Assembly (NCBI RefSeq): GCF_001194135.2
Contig: NC_069006.1
Location: 26,044,103-26,108,102 of the forward strand
From: Octopus bimaculoides
Taxonomy: Eukaryota
Direction of reading: 5' to 3'
Length of the DNA stretch: 64,000 nt
Under the pieces are notes generated by a model, which saw only the letters and a program-made list of their open reading frames with translations, was not told where the DNA came from and made no database searches. Shown here in pieces: positions 24,546-38,950 of the stretch; position 1 is the stretch's first letter; every line of letters begins with the position of its first letter. Both the position numbers and the translations under genes were made by a program.

Positions 24546-26456
24546 ACCATGTATGTACGAGTCTGCGAAGGCGCATGTGGATGGTTGTTCACCCTGCTAG
24601 AAACAACAGCCACGTTTCTTTCAAATCGCATCCAACTATTATTGCGTTACTTTTTTTTAAATGATAAAACAAACTGGATGGTCGTTGATGGAACGCCTTA
24701 TGTCTTGTTCAGTCAGTCCTGTCCCCGTAGCTAAACAATCACCACATGTGTGTGTGTGTACACACACATACACTTACACACAAGGGTGGAAGCCATGTGC
24801 TGTATGTATATATTAAGTGAATGCAACTTGTCATTCATGTTTAATGAGCGACGAAGAATAGGACAAACACGATTAATGGATAATAATAATGTTAAGAGGA
24901 TTTTTATTATCAAACTTGTTCCCTTTCAGGCATAATTAGTTTCTGATTGCCTTCGTCGAACCATTGTTATCCTCGTGTCGTTTTAATTAACTAAAACTCA
25001 TTAGTTAACTCCATCAACGATGCTTTTCACTCAAACTTTACTTTCGGAGAAATTTGACAGAAGTCGTGGTAGAACAGACAGACCCTTCGTCATAAGCCAA
25101 TCCTGCCGTGACACCTACCCTCTTACTTAGTTGTTGTTTAGCACCAGGTCAGTCCCGATAGGGCTGACAGACTATTGATCACAAGCCAATCCAACGATGG
25201 CCATACCATCTCGTCTAGCTGTTGTTTAGCTTTAAAAAAGTTAGTATCAGACAGCGCTGACAGACCGTTGAGGAATCAAATCTTGTTCCGTCCGTGACCA
25301 CACCGTCTGTTTGTCAGAGATACGGAGACTACGACAACAATAACAACAAAATTATCTATCCGCTGTCCTTTTTTTATGATGACAGTGAGGGGAATACAAC
25401 TGTTATTTCTAGCATAGAGGTTCGTTCAGTGAATGCAAGCATAGGTAAATTAGGACACACACATACAATGTACAATACATAAACACACATACAATAGACA
25501 ATATATACACACACACACACGCACTCAACATTCTTGACATCCAAAAGTAAATATAGATCTTTCCCCCCCCCTCAAATGTGTGTGTGTGTTCGGTGCCAGT
25601 CACTTCTTTGTACAGACATTATCAAAGATAGATAGAGGGTTTGTAACTTCTTAAGGATCCGCTCCCTGATCCCCACACCCACCACACTCACACACAAACC
25701 GTTCTCCGTCTCTGTAGTCGTGGGTATATATATGCGTGTGCGTATGTGTGCTTATATATATATGTGTGTGTGTGTGTGTGTATATATACATGTGTATATA
25801 ATGTGTTGTAGGTTTTTGTTTTTGTTTTTGTTTTCGTTGTATCTAATTATCTGGAGTGTGTTGCCAGATTGATTGGCAGCGACCCACTTACCGTTTCCTG
25901 TAGACAAGAAGCTGCTAGGTTTTCTCGACAAACCCATAGAATTGTCTTCTATTTGTAAACACAAACCGTTTTCTTCTTCCCCTCCTCCCCCATCACTCAC
26001 CAACCTCTCCCGTCTTTCTCACTCAGCTGACATATTTCGCCGCACTCCCCCGATACACACACACACACACTTAAATGCATACACGCACACATACAGATAT
26101 ATACATATATGCTTTTGCCTACATACACAGACATATGTATATACCTAGACATTAGNNNNNNNNNNNNNNNNNNNNNNNNNNNNNNNNNNNNNNNNNNNNN
26201 NNNNNNNNNNNNNNNNNNNNNNNNNNNNNNNNNNNNNNNNNNNNNNNNNNNNNNNNNNNNNNNNNNNNNNNNNNNNNNNNNNNNNNNNNNNNNNNNNNNN
26301 NNNNNNNNNNNNNNNNNNNNNNNNNNNNNNNNNNNNNNNNNNNNNNNNNNNNNNNNNNNNNNTATATATATATACACTTATATACACACACTCGAGTATC
26401 TCTCATTAGTTTTCCATGTCATGTAATGTCGTTTGTAATATATATCTCTATATCTT

Positions 26457-26630
26457 TTATTTGTTTCGTCATTAGACTGCGGCCATTCTGGAGCACCGCT
26501 TTGAAGAATTTTAGTTGGAAAATCGACACCAGTATTTATTTATTTATTAAGCCTGGTACTTATTCTATCGGTATCTTTTGCTGAACTGCTAAGTTACAGA
26601 GATGTAAACACACGGACATCAGTTGTGAAA
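26457..26630 (-). mobile_element. SINE family A, 3' half
   Basis: Reverse complement of the family A tail and body. Confidence 0.75.
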
Positions 26631-26959
26631 CTGTACTACCAGTTGTGTGTGTGTGTGTGGTGCCAGTCTTCCACTGCAAACAGCTGTGATGAAGAAATTA
26701 CCCCACCCTCCCAGCTGATTGCTGGTCTACTGTCCAGATTTCAATACCTGCGTGTGACGAAGGACATGAAGATTGTAATACTTTAGGGCTCCTAGATTAG
26801 GGACCACTGTTTTGGAGGGAATAAATTGTATGTCTGTATCTTGTCGTACAACTCTACATTAAAACATGAAATTTAGATCTTCCCATCTCGTATGAAAAAT
26901 ATCTGTTTGTTCATCAATCACTGTTTATTCACCAGTCATTGGTGAAAGCCTTCACTTCA

Positions 26960-27265
26960 CCTGTGTAGTTGTCTGGGGTTCATGTGACTGTAGATATCTG
27001 ATGAGACCAATTCTGGTGCAAAAATAACAGCTGCATGTGAAGGACACATACAGTCTGTGGCCTCATTTCTCCCTACTGACCTGGTTTAACAGATTACAAT
27101 GTTTTGGTGTCTGCTGCCTGAATGTGTGTTCCTTGTGAGGATTTCATACCTTTTTAATGGGGTGCGAGGGCTGTCACAAAGGTTCCACCCTGATGAAGCT
27201 GTTCCCAGGATTCTCTGATAATGCCCCTGACCTTTGATACTAACTTTCAGATTAAAATTCTGATT
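26960..27265 (-). mobile_element. RTE (BovB-like) LINE 3' ORF remnant
   Basis: Minus-strand translation includes SWEQL... and VSFTCSCYFCTRIGLIRYLQSH, resembling the RTE C-terminal C..C...RIGL.SH motif. Frameshifted. Confidence 0.6.
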
Positions 27266-28064
27266 ATATGACATTATGTAACACTATGGATTAACTTCTA
27301 TTCACCTAGTATTAAATAGGGGATAACCTGGTATAAAGGGATCATTTTTAGGAATCAGTTTAGATTAATAGCCATATTTGACCCTTCAGCACTCAGATTA
27401 ATCATTCAAAATGTAATGTTTACTTATTCACAATTTTTTTAATTAATCATGGATTATCTCACGGCTTTAAGATGATGGTTAATGGCCTAAACAACTACTG
27501 CTATTATTTGCCTCATTTTTGTATTTGGTCTGCAAGATTCTTGATGTAAATTTGTGCATTAAAACAAATCCTATTGTGTCTTGGAGGGGTCATTACGCCA
27601 ATAAAAGTAAACACATACACTGGTTCAATATCACTTCTTTATTGTCAGTCAGTCAGTTAAATATCTAACCAACTAACTAATTGATTGTTTGCTTAATGTG
27701 TTGGTTAAACAATCAATCAATTGTTTGGTAGTCAAAGTCCTTTCTTCGCTATTCATGACATTTTCAGAGACTTGCCCTCTGATATTTGTAAATTTTTATT
27801 GGTGTTTATTTGATCAACTGAATCAACAATTGAATGTTTATCCTCTTAATACGAATCCACCTGAAATCACTCCTGCTTCCATGAAGTAACTTTAAGCAAA
27901 AATTTGTTGAACCAACGTGGGTGTGTTTCAACAAAAATATGCTGATGAAAGGGGTGATTTTGGGTTTAAGTAATCTTGCTATATTTGCCTTTAAGAAGAG
28001 GAAAGATACCACCGGAATCCATGAACCTATGGCCAAGCTGTTTGTCTTCATCTCTTAACACTAA

Positions 28065-28320
28065 CATCACTGGAGCCACGTGAAATAAAGTGTCTTGCTC
28101 AAGGACGCAGCATGCCAACAGAAATCCAGTTCATAACCTTACACTCTTGGAAGAGCATCCAACCACAGAGAAATCTTGCTAAATCAAATTGGAATCTGGT
28201 GCAGCTCCCCACCAGCTCACCTGTCCAACCCATGCCAGTATGGGAAACAGATGTTAAAGGATGATGATGATCCTTACAATCATGCACCAAAATCCCTCAC
28301 CACTAAGCCATGTACCTTCA
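28065..28320 (-). mobile_element. SINE family C head interrupted by a family D tail (28147-28271, +)
   Basis: gtgaaataaagtgtcttgctcaagga...taaccttac / ccttacaatc...ccactaagccatg flanks the insert. 10-bp TSD ccttacactc / ccttacaatc. Confidence 0.7.
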
Positions 28321-29059
28321 CCAACTAAGCTATGAAAATATTTAAAATATATTTAAGGCCCTAAAACACCAAAGCCCACTCATTAAATGATATAAAAAAA
28401 AAAATACATAAAGCCTCCCTTCTTCCAAAACTCTGCCCCATATTTGCAGCTGAACACCATTACAGTCCCCGCTTTCTGTATAATGACTTTGCTGTCAACC
28501 TTATTGACATTATATCACCTAAATTTGCCATTTTTTTAGCTCCGGAATATTGTGAATGTTGTAGTTGTAGACACGACTGCTATTGTGGTTTGTGTATCGA
28601 TGCTAGGGAACAACTTGCAGTTTCCCTGAGACATGTTTTTGCACATATTTATGGTTGCCTGTAATTATTGTGTTGGTGTGCGATGAAGGAAACTCTCTCT
28701 CTTAAACATCAGGGAACATGAAAAAAATAAAAATCCCAAAAAACTGTGGCTGATCCTAATTTTTTTTTTTTTATGGTTACCTTATTTTCCTTCTAATATT
28801 GATCTCTTTGAAAACATCTGGGTTTTTTGGGGTTTTTTTAGTTTTTTTTGGGGGGGGGGCTCCTTTTGATTTTTCCCTTTTTTTTTTCTGTTCCCAATTT
28901 TCCCTGATTTGCACTTTCTCATTCTCTCATCCTACCAGTCTCTCTCCCTCCATCCAAAAGGATGAAAGGCAAAGTCAATTTGAACTCAAAACGTACAGAA
29001 TAGTGATATCTGGTAAAGTAACGGCTACCATTTAAAACCAACATGTATGGTTATTCTTA

Positions 29060-29422
29060 TATTTGTTTCAGGCATTTGACTGCTGCCATGCTGGAGCACT
29101 GCCTTTAGTCAAACAAATCGACCCCATGACTTTTTGTAAGCCTAGTTCTTATTCTATTGGTTTTTTTTGCTGAACTGCTAAGTTACAGGGAGGTAAACAC
29201 ACCAAAATCGGTTGTCAAGTGATGGTAGGGGGACAAGGACAGACAGACACACACACATTTATACAATAAGCTTCTTTCAGTTTCCGTCTACCAAATCCAC
29301 ACACAAGGCTTTGGTTGGCCCAGGGCTATAGTAGAAGACATTTGTCCAAGGTGCCATGCAGTGGGACTGAACTTGGAACCATGGGGTTGGGAAGCAAGCT
29401 TCTTACCACACAGCTACGCTTG
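29060..29422 (-). mobile_element. SINE family A, near full length
   Basis: Head, body and tail are all present in reverse complement. Confidence 0.85.
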
Positions 29423-29903
29423 CATTATGTTTACAATTTTTAAAATGATTTTCTCTTAGAAATATATGTTACCAAATTTCAAAGTCTTTTGTTTCTGTAG
29501 TGTGGTCACTTTTAATCCATTCCTCACTGGTATGGAATAGGTTATTAGTGACCAAGCTGTAAAAGTTCAACAAAAGGCTTTGACACAATTGCAAAGTTAG
29601 ATATAATGGTACGAACATGTTTCCAATATCTATTGACGCCCTCCCATGAGGAAAATACAATTGTTTCTATTTTAACATGCAGGGTCACGCTATCAGATTG
29701 GAATCTCTTGTCAAATAATTACAACTCTACACAAGGCTATACATGTGTGTGTGTGTATGTGTGCATATGTGTGTGTGTGTGTGTGCCTGTAAATTTATAT
29801 ATATGTTTGTGTGTGCATACATATATATCTGTGCATATATATAGGTATATATATATGTATAAATTTTCAATTATATATATAAAATCTTTTTCTATATATA
29901 AAT

Positions 29904-29951
<48 letters not shown>

Positions 29952-31319
29952 TGACATATGTATGCAAAATTATTCATATATCAGTCTATATACGTATATA
30001 TATATATATATNNNNNNNNNNNNNNNNNNNNNNNNNNNNNNNNNNNNNNNNNNNNNNNNNNNNNNNNNNNNNNNNNNNNNNNNNNNNNNNNNNNNNNNNN
30101 NNNNNNNNNNNNNNNNNNNNNNNNNNNNNNNNNNNNNNNNNNNNNNNNNNNNNNNNNNNNNNNNNNNNNNNNNNNNNNNNNNNNNNNNNNNNNNNNNNNN
30201 NNNNNNNNNNNNNNNNNNNNNNNNNNNNNNNNNNNNNNNNNNNNNNNNNNNNNNNNNNNNNNNNNNNNNNNNNNNNNNNNNNNNNNNNNNNNNNNNNNNN
30301 NNNNNNNNNNNNNNNNNNNNNNNNNNNNNNNNNNNNNNNNNNNNNNNNNNNNNNNNNNNNNNNNNNNNNNNNNNNNNNNNNNNNNNNNNNNNNNNNNNNN
30401 NNNNNNNNNNNNNNNNNNNNNNNNNCCCTCCCTCCCTCTCTCTCTCTCTCAACCCTTCCTCCCTTATCCCACCCCTCCCTCTGCTTTCCCTATAAATCAA
30501 CCTACCTTTACTAGGTCAATCTTGCTGTAAGGAAATGGTTATAACTGATGAAAGAACTCTTATATTAGAGTAGGGAGTCACAGACTTTGTTGCCATGGTT
30601 ACTTGCCTGCAATTGCATTATATTGTGTTGTTTGTATTTTTTTTTTGTTTTTTCTTTGTATTTTTGTTTCATTTTTTTTTTAATTCTAATTTTTCACCTC
30701 TCCCGTCTGGCACCCCACCCACATCTTATTTGTACCCTTTCAACACTTATTGCAGGTATTTTACACCCCATATCTTTCCTGTGTTCCTTTTGTCTTCCCT
30801 GACAACATAAAAGAGATGAGTATCTACGTATGCATGCGTGTGTACACGTGTGTGTGCATTTGTGTGGGTGCAAGACTTATGATGCCTTGCTCCCCGCACT
30901 GTCAAACCTTAATGCAATGGTTATGCAATTTACGTAATTTATCCTTCTCTCGCTCTCCTCATCTCATACAACGATACAATTAAATTAAAATCCATTTCCT
31001 CCATCCCTTCATATTCTCCCGTTGGAAACGGGTGACAATAAAAAGCCAAATTATATTTTGAAATCCAAAGACAGTTTGTAAGACGTCTGTTAGTTTGGTT
31101 ATGGTGTAGAATCAATATTTATTCTTCGTGTCAAGCAAACTTACTAAAATCACCGACAGACTTCTCTTTGCATTCTATTATGATTGTTACTTGCTAAGTT
31201 CCTTAGATTCAGATTTTGTTAAGGTTATTTCTACAGATATTCTACAGAAACCATAGAAAGTGCTACTGACTTATAAAAACGGTGTACTTCATAGGATATC
31301 AAGCTTGCATAATGAAGTA

Positions 31320-31680
31320 CCACATACCAAACCATTTATGTGTACTTCTTTGTCTTCTGTGTCCTTGCCCCCTACTAAGAACTCGGCCATTAGCATCTCT
31401 ATCTTCTCCTGTCCAGTGCCATGGTCTCTAGTTCTTCCCAGGTGAGCTTTATCTCTGTGACAATCCCCTGAAAGACCCTACACCAGGAAACTTAGGACCA
31501 GCTTCTCTATTTTCGCTGAGGGTTCTGTAAAGGGGCCTGTCTATTAATGTTTCTCGTTGACCTGCATAGTGGTCTACCCAAGCCATGTCCACTTCATTCT
31601 CTGCCTCTCGTGTCTGGCTGGTGGTTGACAAATTCTCACCCAAACCTCCATCTTGCTGATCTTGTCTGCTATTGGTCCAT
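31320..31680 (-). mobile_element. RTE LINE 3' ORF remnant
   Basis: Minus strand reads RMKWTWLG*, QNPQRK and LTWEELETMALDRRR*R, matching the RTE C-terminal KWxWIGH...WNPQGKR...TWxELE.IAQDR..WR pattern. Stops and frameshifts are present. Confidence 0.7.
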
Positions 31681-31774
31681 TTTGCCAAACCGCTAAGTTA
31701 CAGGGATTTAAAAACACCAACAACCCATGTCTTTACATCTCCAATATACATTGCAAGGTCAGCAGGATGGGATT

Positions 31775-31892
31775 GTATATTTTTAGAATGACATTGTAGG
31801 GTAGGTGTGAGAGGCTGGATCTCTCTGGTTTGAACATAGAACAGGTAAGATATTTGAGCCAGTTATAGCCAGTTTAAAGGCTGAAGGGTTAA
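31775..31892 (+). mobile_element. TTAA-ended MITE family, right part
   Basis: Ends gctgaagggttaa; shares a core with 17270-17385. Confidence 0.65.
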
Positions 31893-33891
31893 AGTTGTTA
31901 TGCAAAGTAATGGTTGAATATTTTAATTCCTGTGTAACAGACACTTTAAAACAGGTCGGTTGATATCAAAGAACTTTGAGACTTTTGTCAGACGAAGTTA
32001 ATATGAAATGAGTGAAAATGAACTCTGATCTGTAATGGCTTTTCTCTAACATTTCAAGAATAAGAATTGGTTTGATTGAAAATGGAGAGAATCTGTTTAA
32101 TGACCTGTGGCAGTAATATTTTAGTCTTCCTCTCCACAGCTGACCACCACCACCTCCTCTGCCATTTTACTGACTTTTAAATCGTTTTATCAATCAATAA
32201 TTCAATTTTATTTCTAATTTGTCACTTCCATTTTTCATTTTCGCCATCTTGTTGGTTATATTTGTCTTTGATAATTCTTAGAAACGAATGCCAACAAGAA
32301 AACCTGTCTGATAGAAAAGAAATACATTTAAATGCAAAATTTTCTTGCAACATTTAGACTCCTCTCCACCCCCACCCTCACCTTTTTTTATATTTAGCTA
32401 CCAGCTGTATTGTTTGACTGACAAGGAGAATTTTACTTCAATAAACCAAAATATTTTCGGTTAGGGGTGGGAACAGGTCTAACTATATCCACCCCCCACC
32501 CCTAGCTTACACATTTTTTTTTCTTCTTCTGAGACAAAAAAAAAATGGTTTCTAGCTACTTTCTTCCATCATTTGGAATAATTGCTAATTGGCCAACACA
32601 ATAGAATTCAAAAGATGCCAGAGAATCTAGTTTCTTCTTCATTTTATCTAAATTATTACTACAATGTGTAACTCACAACTTCCTCGTTGCTATTTTTGTG
32701 GTGAGTGGCAAGGGAGGAGTGGTGGAGTTGCCTGTTTGTTGGTGGTTGTTCCACTCCTTCTCAACATGAATTCTTCTGGGTATAACATCCCTTCTTCATA
32801 CCATTTCCTTCTCCTTTGCTTATTCACCTCTGATCTCCTATTTCTTCACTATTTTCTTTATCATTTTTCATTTCCACTTATTTTGCTGTATTTTTTTTTT
32901 TTTTCTTGAGATAAAAATCTATAATTCCGTTTTTTTTATTATTATTATTATTATTATTTAGTGAATCTGACACAATTATTTCTCTTCCTCTCAGAACCTT
33001 CCCCTGTATCTCTTGTAATAAATGCTAGCATTTCATTTTCGGTGGGATTTCCTGCCAAGTTTTTGAGGTGAGTAAATGATACGTAGTATGACTTAGATAC
33101 ACAGAGACGATGAGGAGGAAAACGAGGGGGAGAGAGAAGAGGATTGACGGTTATTTAGTACGCTATTAGCATTAGTAACCTCAATGTTACTCTCCTCCCA
33201 AACAAGGTAAACTTATTCTTTCATTACCTTAATCTGTTGGTCCAGCAGTACGAGCGTAGCTAGAATGTGTGCCCTTCTGGAGCAGCCCTTCTGTTTGCTG
33301 CCCCTGGAGCCACAAAAAACACATATTGCCTGCAGCAGACCCAAAAGTGTGGACTGCCCCTACTGCTCCCCTCCCCTCCACTACGCTAGTGTCCAGCAGG
33401 CATGTGGCTTCGTGGTTAGAGTATTTGGCTTAAGATTGTAAAATCATGAGTTCAATTCCTGGCAGCATGTTGTCTCTTTGAGCAAGATACATTATTTCAC
33501 ATTGCTTTGGCCATAGATCTGCTCAGTCTTGGCAGACCCAGGGCTAAACAACAACAACAGCTGCTAATTATGTAATCAAGCTGTAGAGGTTTCTAATTAG
33601 TGATGTGAACCTTGGTATGATTTGAACCCTGTTAGACAGAAGTCTAGTGTAAACATTGAAGTGTGTCTACATTCTTGCCGGTGCCGTCTCCACCGTCTCC
33701 CTTCTCGAGCTGCAGCAGTGACTGTGCGTTACTTCCAGTTGAGTGTTTCGCTTAAGTATCTCGTATCAAATTAGTTGCTCATCTTGGTAGAACCAATTAT
33801 TCAGGTTCTAGGACAGTTTGTTTTGAAATTTCACACTGCTCTGCTACTAATGGTAAACCAGATGCAATTTGTGGGATATTATTTATGAAGG

Positions 33892-33925
<34 letters not shown>

Positions 33926-35499
33926 CTACAGGTAATATTACTATTTGACAGAATTTCTAATAACAATAACATACCAGTAGTATCAATTTTCTAAAAGATA
34001 TTTGAATGCCTAGGGTTGTGCTGGGCCAAATAAAATAGAGCTAGCATTAAAAAAAAAAGCTCATAGCCAGCAATGAAATCTAAACTAGAAATAACTCCCT
34101 TAGCTAAGAAAAGGCTTTATTTTACATAAGCAGTTCCTCAGACATTTTAAAAGGGACAAGTATGATTGACTGAATTGACCCTCCCAATATCTTACCGGTA
34201 GTTGTTTGTTTTTGCTTTACGTCTGTTTTTCCATGTTAGCATGGGTTAGATGGATGCATGTTCGTGGGGTGTCGTTGTTTTGTAGTCAGATGCCCTTCCT
34301 GCTGCTAAGAAATTCTAATTTTAGTGTGTATCCTTTAAAACATTAGTTTTTGTGTTATAGAAATAGAAGTGGTCATGCATGGGTTGACAGTAAAAGGGTT
34401 AAGAGATGAAAATCAAATTGGAAGGTAAAAATTCATGGAATGGTGAGTGACAGTGATGAAAGACTAATGATAAATATGACTAAAGACTAAAGATAAGGGT
34501 CTGTGCGGGATTAAGTTCAGTTCCATTCTGTGGCACCTTTGGTTTTTTTTAATATTAGACCGACTAATGTCTTGTTAATGGAATTTGGTGGAGAAAAGGT
34601 GTGCAGAAGAAGAAGAAGCCTATTAGACACACACACACACACACACACATGCTATTAAAGAAACTACAAAATGGTCATGGTTAGAATGCCTATGATCAAA
34701 GACCATTCAATCAGTACTGACCTGGGGTTAAACACCAGCAGCAATCACTCCAAAGGATCACATTATAAAATATCATTTATGTAGATTCAAGGGTTTAGTT
34801 CACACCATCGTCAGACGGTTAACATAATAATTACATAATTTTGTGCTACCAAAATAAACAAAAGATAAAAAGATCTAGAACTTTCTGCAGATTATCTTTG
34901 AGAGAAGTTGTTTATTTTTAGTCAGCCACTTCACTTGGCTTTGCTCTCGGTTCGTAAAGTTTCAATTCTAGTCCCAGCCTCTGCCTTTCCAGATAAAAAT
35001 GGCTTGGCGTTTCTAAAAGAGTAGTTAAGGAACAGGGCTTTGATATTTTAGCTTCATCATTCTAGATATACGAGTACCGAGCTGTGTATCAATTTAAGCT
35101 TGCAATGGTTTTTATTTCGTCGGAGGTTATATTTTAAGCGTGAATCTTTTATGGAGAGGAATGTAAGTAACAATGTTATTTTCTGCAACATTATATCTTT
35201 GTGCCGAAAATATTTCTTATGAAAATAAATAAATATACGAATACTAAATACTACCACCTCTACTGCTACTACTACTACTACTATTACTACTACTATTATT
35301 ACTAAATAAGAAAAATAAAGATGTCGCAAATGGGATAAAATTTTCTTTTTTTTTTTTACACCACCAAGGTAGTTTTTTGTATTTTTATGGTGAAGAAGAA
35401 AAACGGGGAGATTGCTTTAGAGGTAAGGGAGTAATTGTTGCATAGGTTTATAGACTTCTGATTTAAGAAATACCAACTTGTAAAGATTAATGGGATCTG

Positions 35500-35700
35500 T
35501 CACTGATAGTTGGATGTTCTAATAATTTCTGGATGGGTGATCACATAATTTCTGGATGGGTGGTCACCTATTTCTAGATGTACGATTAAGTATTTTTGGA
35601 AGAGCGGTCATCTATTTTTAGGTAGGGATCTTATCAATTGCTAGATATGTAATCAAGTATTTCAAGATGGGTGCTCAACGGTTTCAGGAGGGGTGGTCTC
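35500..35700. repeat. Degenerate ~22-bp minisatellite
   Basis: ataatttctggatgggtgatcac / ataatttctggatgggtggtcac, followed by decayed units. Confidence 0.55.
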
Positions 35701-35892
35701 TTTTTGTTCATTTGTTTTACTTCTGTTTAACCATGCTGGTATGGGTTGGAGCAATGTTCAGATACAGAGTGAAAAATTACATCGATATACAAAATTTGAA
35801 GATTTTTTATTTGATTTTAAAATTTCCTAATCTGTGACGGCAACCGAAAAGATTGCAGAACATTACATCCTTGTTGTGACTTTTGAGTAGCC

Positions 35893-36180
35893 GTCTGATA
35901 AGAAGTTTGCTTCCAAACCACATGGTTCCAGGTTCAGTCCCACTGTGTGCCCACTTCCATCAATTGACAACCGATGCTGGTGTGTTTATGTTCCTGTAAC
36001 CTAGCAATTTGGCAAAAGAGACCAATAGAATAAGTACTAGGCATACAAATTATATTATATTAGCCCTGGGGTCAATGTAATCGACTATCTACCCCTACCA
36101 GTTTAACCCTGGGGTTAATCTAATCAACTTTCTACCTCTCCCACCAAAATTTCAGGCCTTCTCCCTTTAGTAAGAAGGAT
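35893..36180 (+). mobile_element. Internally deleted SINE A followed by SINE B tail
   Basis: Family A head and body, then ccctggggtcaatgtaatcgact (duplicated) and aaaatttcaggcctt. Confidence 0.65.
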
Positions 36181-37252
36181 AATTACATTTACTTATTAGA
36201 ATATCTTCCAGAAAGTTTTTAAAAAAATGTCCTGCTTTTCCTAATTGCTGCTCTCAATATAGTCTTTAGATTAGATTAGTTTGTTTCTTCTCATTGACAC
36301 ATTTAAGATTTTTTTTCTTTTTTATGGAGGAAAGGGACTTTTTTTTAATATGTAGTTTTCTTCATATCTTATCATATCTTGATATTTAATATGTCATTCT
36401 ATCATAGTCCCCCACCCATCCACCCACTCACCAAGCCATTTACTTAATCAGTTCCATGGCTATCGCGTAAATACCAACTCCCATTTCTGATAACCAGGAT
36501 TTTGTCCTCTCCATCTTGTTTGCTTACAACAAATTTATACTTAACTCATTCTTTCCAAATTGCAACACGTTTGCACTACTTTTCTTAACAACAGATGCAA
36601 ACATGCACACACACACACACACACACACATATTTAGATAGATAGATAGATGTATGTATGTATGGGTATATATATATGAACCATATGTAGCATCATATTAT
36701 TTTCTATTTCTGCAGATTGCAAAAACCCTTCGTTATTAACACTAACAGCCGACGTTAAATTGTGAAACTTCAAACCCACTTTCATACGCATCTCATCAAC
36801 AATACACTGCTAAACTCATTAGATTCTCACCTATTACGGTAACCATGTGTGTGTGTGTGTATACTTTTAGATGTGTGTGTGTGTGTTGTATTGTATATCC
36901 AAGATTACATCACAAAGGCTGGGTTTTATTTCTACAACCCAAAATGCTTCAGTCCCAAACATTAATAAATAGCCCCAGATTGACTCCGCTGTACAATAAC
37001 TGTTCACACAGCTGGAATCGTAGATAACCTATCGTATATATTATACACTTAGACATATTATATATACCTATCATGTATACACGCTGACATGTTGCATATG
37101 CCTGCCACATATGCACATACAGTCATGCTGTGTACATTTATCATATACACACACATACTGGCATATTATATACACCTATCATATATACACACATGTATAG
37201 TGTACACCTATCATATATAGACATATGATATACACCTATTATATGTATATAC

Positions 37253-37294
<42 letters not shown>

Positions 37295-38724
37295 TGTAGA
37301 TTGATGTTAATCGAGGCAGCAAACCTGAAACCTAACCATTCTGTTGCAGGTTCCACTCTCAAGATGTCTCGTTTCTCTCTCTTATTCTGCATCTTGCTGC
37401 TAAAATTGTCTTTTGGTGCTTCTCATCTCTTGTTCGTTCTGCACCTTGCCATTTAAACCCATTCTGTCTGTCTGTTTTCCCCTCACCCTTGTCTTCTCTT
37501 GCCCCTATCCACTTTCCCTGTCTCGAACACCAAATGCAGTTTCTTTCTTTCACAACTGTTTCATCTTAGAAACACCCACATCTCACTCTCTCTCTCTCTC
37601 TCTCTCTCAATATATATCACACACACACACACACACACACGCGCGCACCAGCTCTTGCAATATTAACTAACTTCGACAGAAGAGACCGATAAAATAAGCA
37701 CTCAGCTTAAAAACCAAATCCTGGGTTCGGTCTGCTCAACTAAAACCCTTCATGGCAGTGCTCCGGCATGGCCGCAGTCAACTGACTAAAACCAGTAAAT
37801 GATTATCATGGCATAATGACTGTACCGTTTCAAACCTAATTTCTTGTTAAAGTTCTTCCAACCCCCATCTTTGTTGCTGAAAAAAGATGGAATCTCTTAC
37901 AGCATCGACTGAGAAAAATGCATCGTTAATTCCCAGAGGATGAACTAATTTTTTTTCTCTATTGCAATTTGATATATTGGCATTTGATTGATGATCAAGC
38001 TTGATGTGCACTCTGTGGCCATTAGGGTCTCTACCCACCATTCCTCAGAGATTTATCCTCGAAAAGTATATTTTTTTCCCAGCAACATGCTTCCTGATGC
38101 TTCATCTGCCATATATCCATTTTCATGTTAACCATTATTTACACTGAACCAGAATCGCAGAATTATATTTTCCCTTTAACTGTATTTCCTAACAAAATTA
38201 CATAAAATACTTGCAACACTTTTATGTTGAGAATATAAATTCTTCAAATATGTACATTGCTTAAGGACAGGGTGGAGACGATCTTAATAAGTTTCCTCTT
38301 AATTAATTAAAATTTCAATTTAATTTGGAGTATTGTTAAAGTACCATCTTACTATTAATTTAGATTTGAAGCAGCGATAGTTCTTTTCTTTAAGAATTCG
38401 TTTTCTTTTTCTTCTTCTTCTGTTTCTTTCTTTCTTTCATTCATTTCATTCATTCATATTCTACTGCATTTCATTTGCACTTTTCTTGAATTTCTTGTCT
38501 TGAAGCAGTGTCANNNNNNNNNNNNNNNNNNNNNNNNNNNNNNNNNNNNNNNNNNNNNNNNNNNNNNNNNNNNNNNNCCCCCCTTACCCCGCCACCTGAC
38601 CTCCCCCCCGTCACCTCATTCAGTCCAACTCTTCATCTTTATTTCCCTCCAAATTCTCATCTTTTCTGATTAGACTTAATTGGTTTTTAATGTTATCCGA
38701 TTTTATATCATTTCGTTTGAGATG

Positions 38725-38950
38725 TTCTTTAGACTTAATCTAAGGAGATTACGAGCGGCTGATACCAATAGCCCTGCCGGAGGCGGCTGGCATCAACCAT
38801 TGGCACGGGTGTTATTATTTCTCTGCGGTTCTATCGGTATTGGCAGTTAAGTTATAAGAAACATGTGTTACTGGCAAACTCGACCGAAAATTCTTTCTCG
38901 AGTTTCAACTGCTCGACCAGTAAATGAGAACTAATTTCATGAAAGTGCTA
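38725..38950. promoter_or_regulatory. CpG-rich patch with three CCAAT boxes
   Basis: CCAAT 38765, ATTGG 38800, ATTGG 38839 within GC/CpG-rich unique sequence. Confidence 0.3.

Noticed and set aside
30730-30761. Second AG|GT juxtaposition (ttgcAG|GTATTT)
   Set aside because: The donor half lacks +4A/+5G, which is much weaker than typical recursive sites; as an acceptor the frame stops after 18 codons.
32997-33068. Segment ending at the strong donor GAG|GTGAGT
   Set aside because: The only open frame needs a phase-1 upstream exon, which is incompatible with the phase-2 candidates; the internal ATG frame stops at the junction.
36716-36838. Acceptor/donor-bounded segment (ctgcAG|...acg|GTAACC)
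   Set aside because: Stops occur in all three frames; at most a non-coding exon, with no further support.
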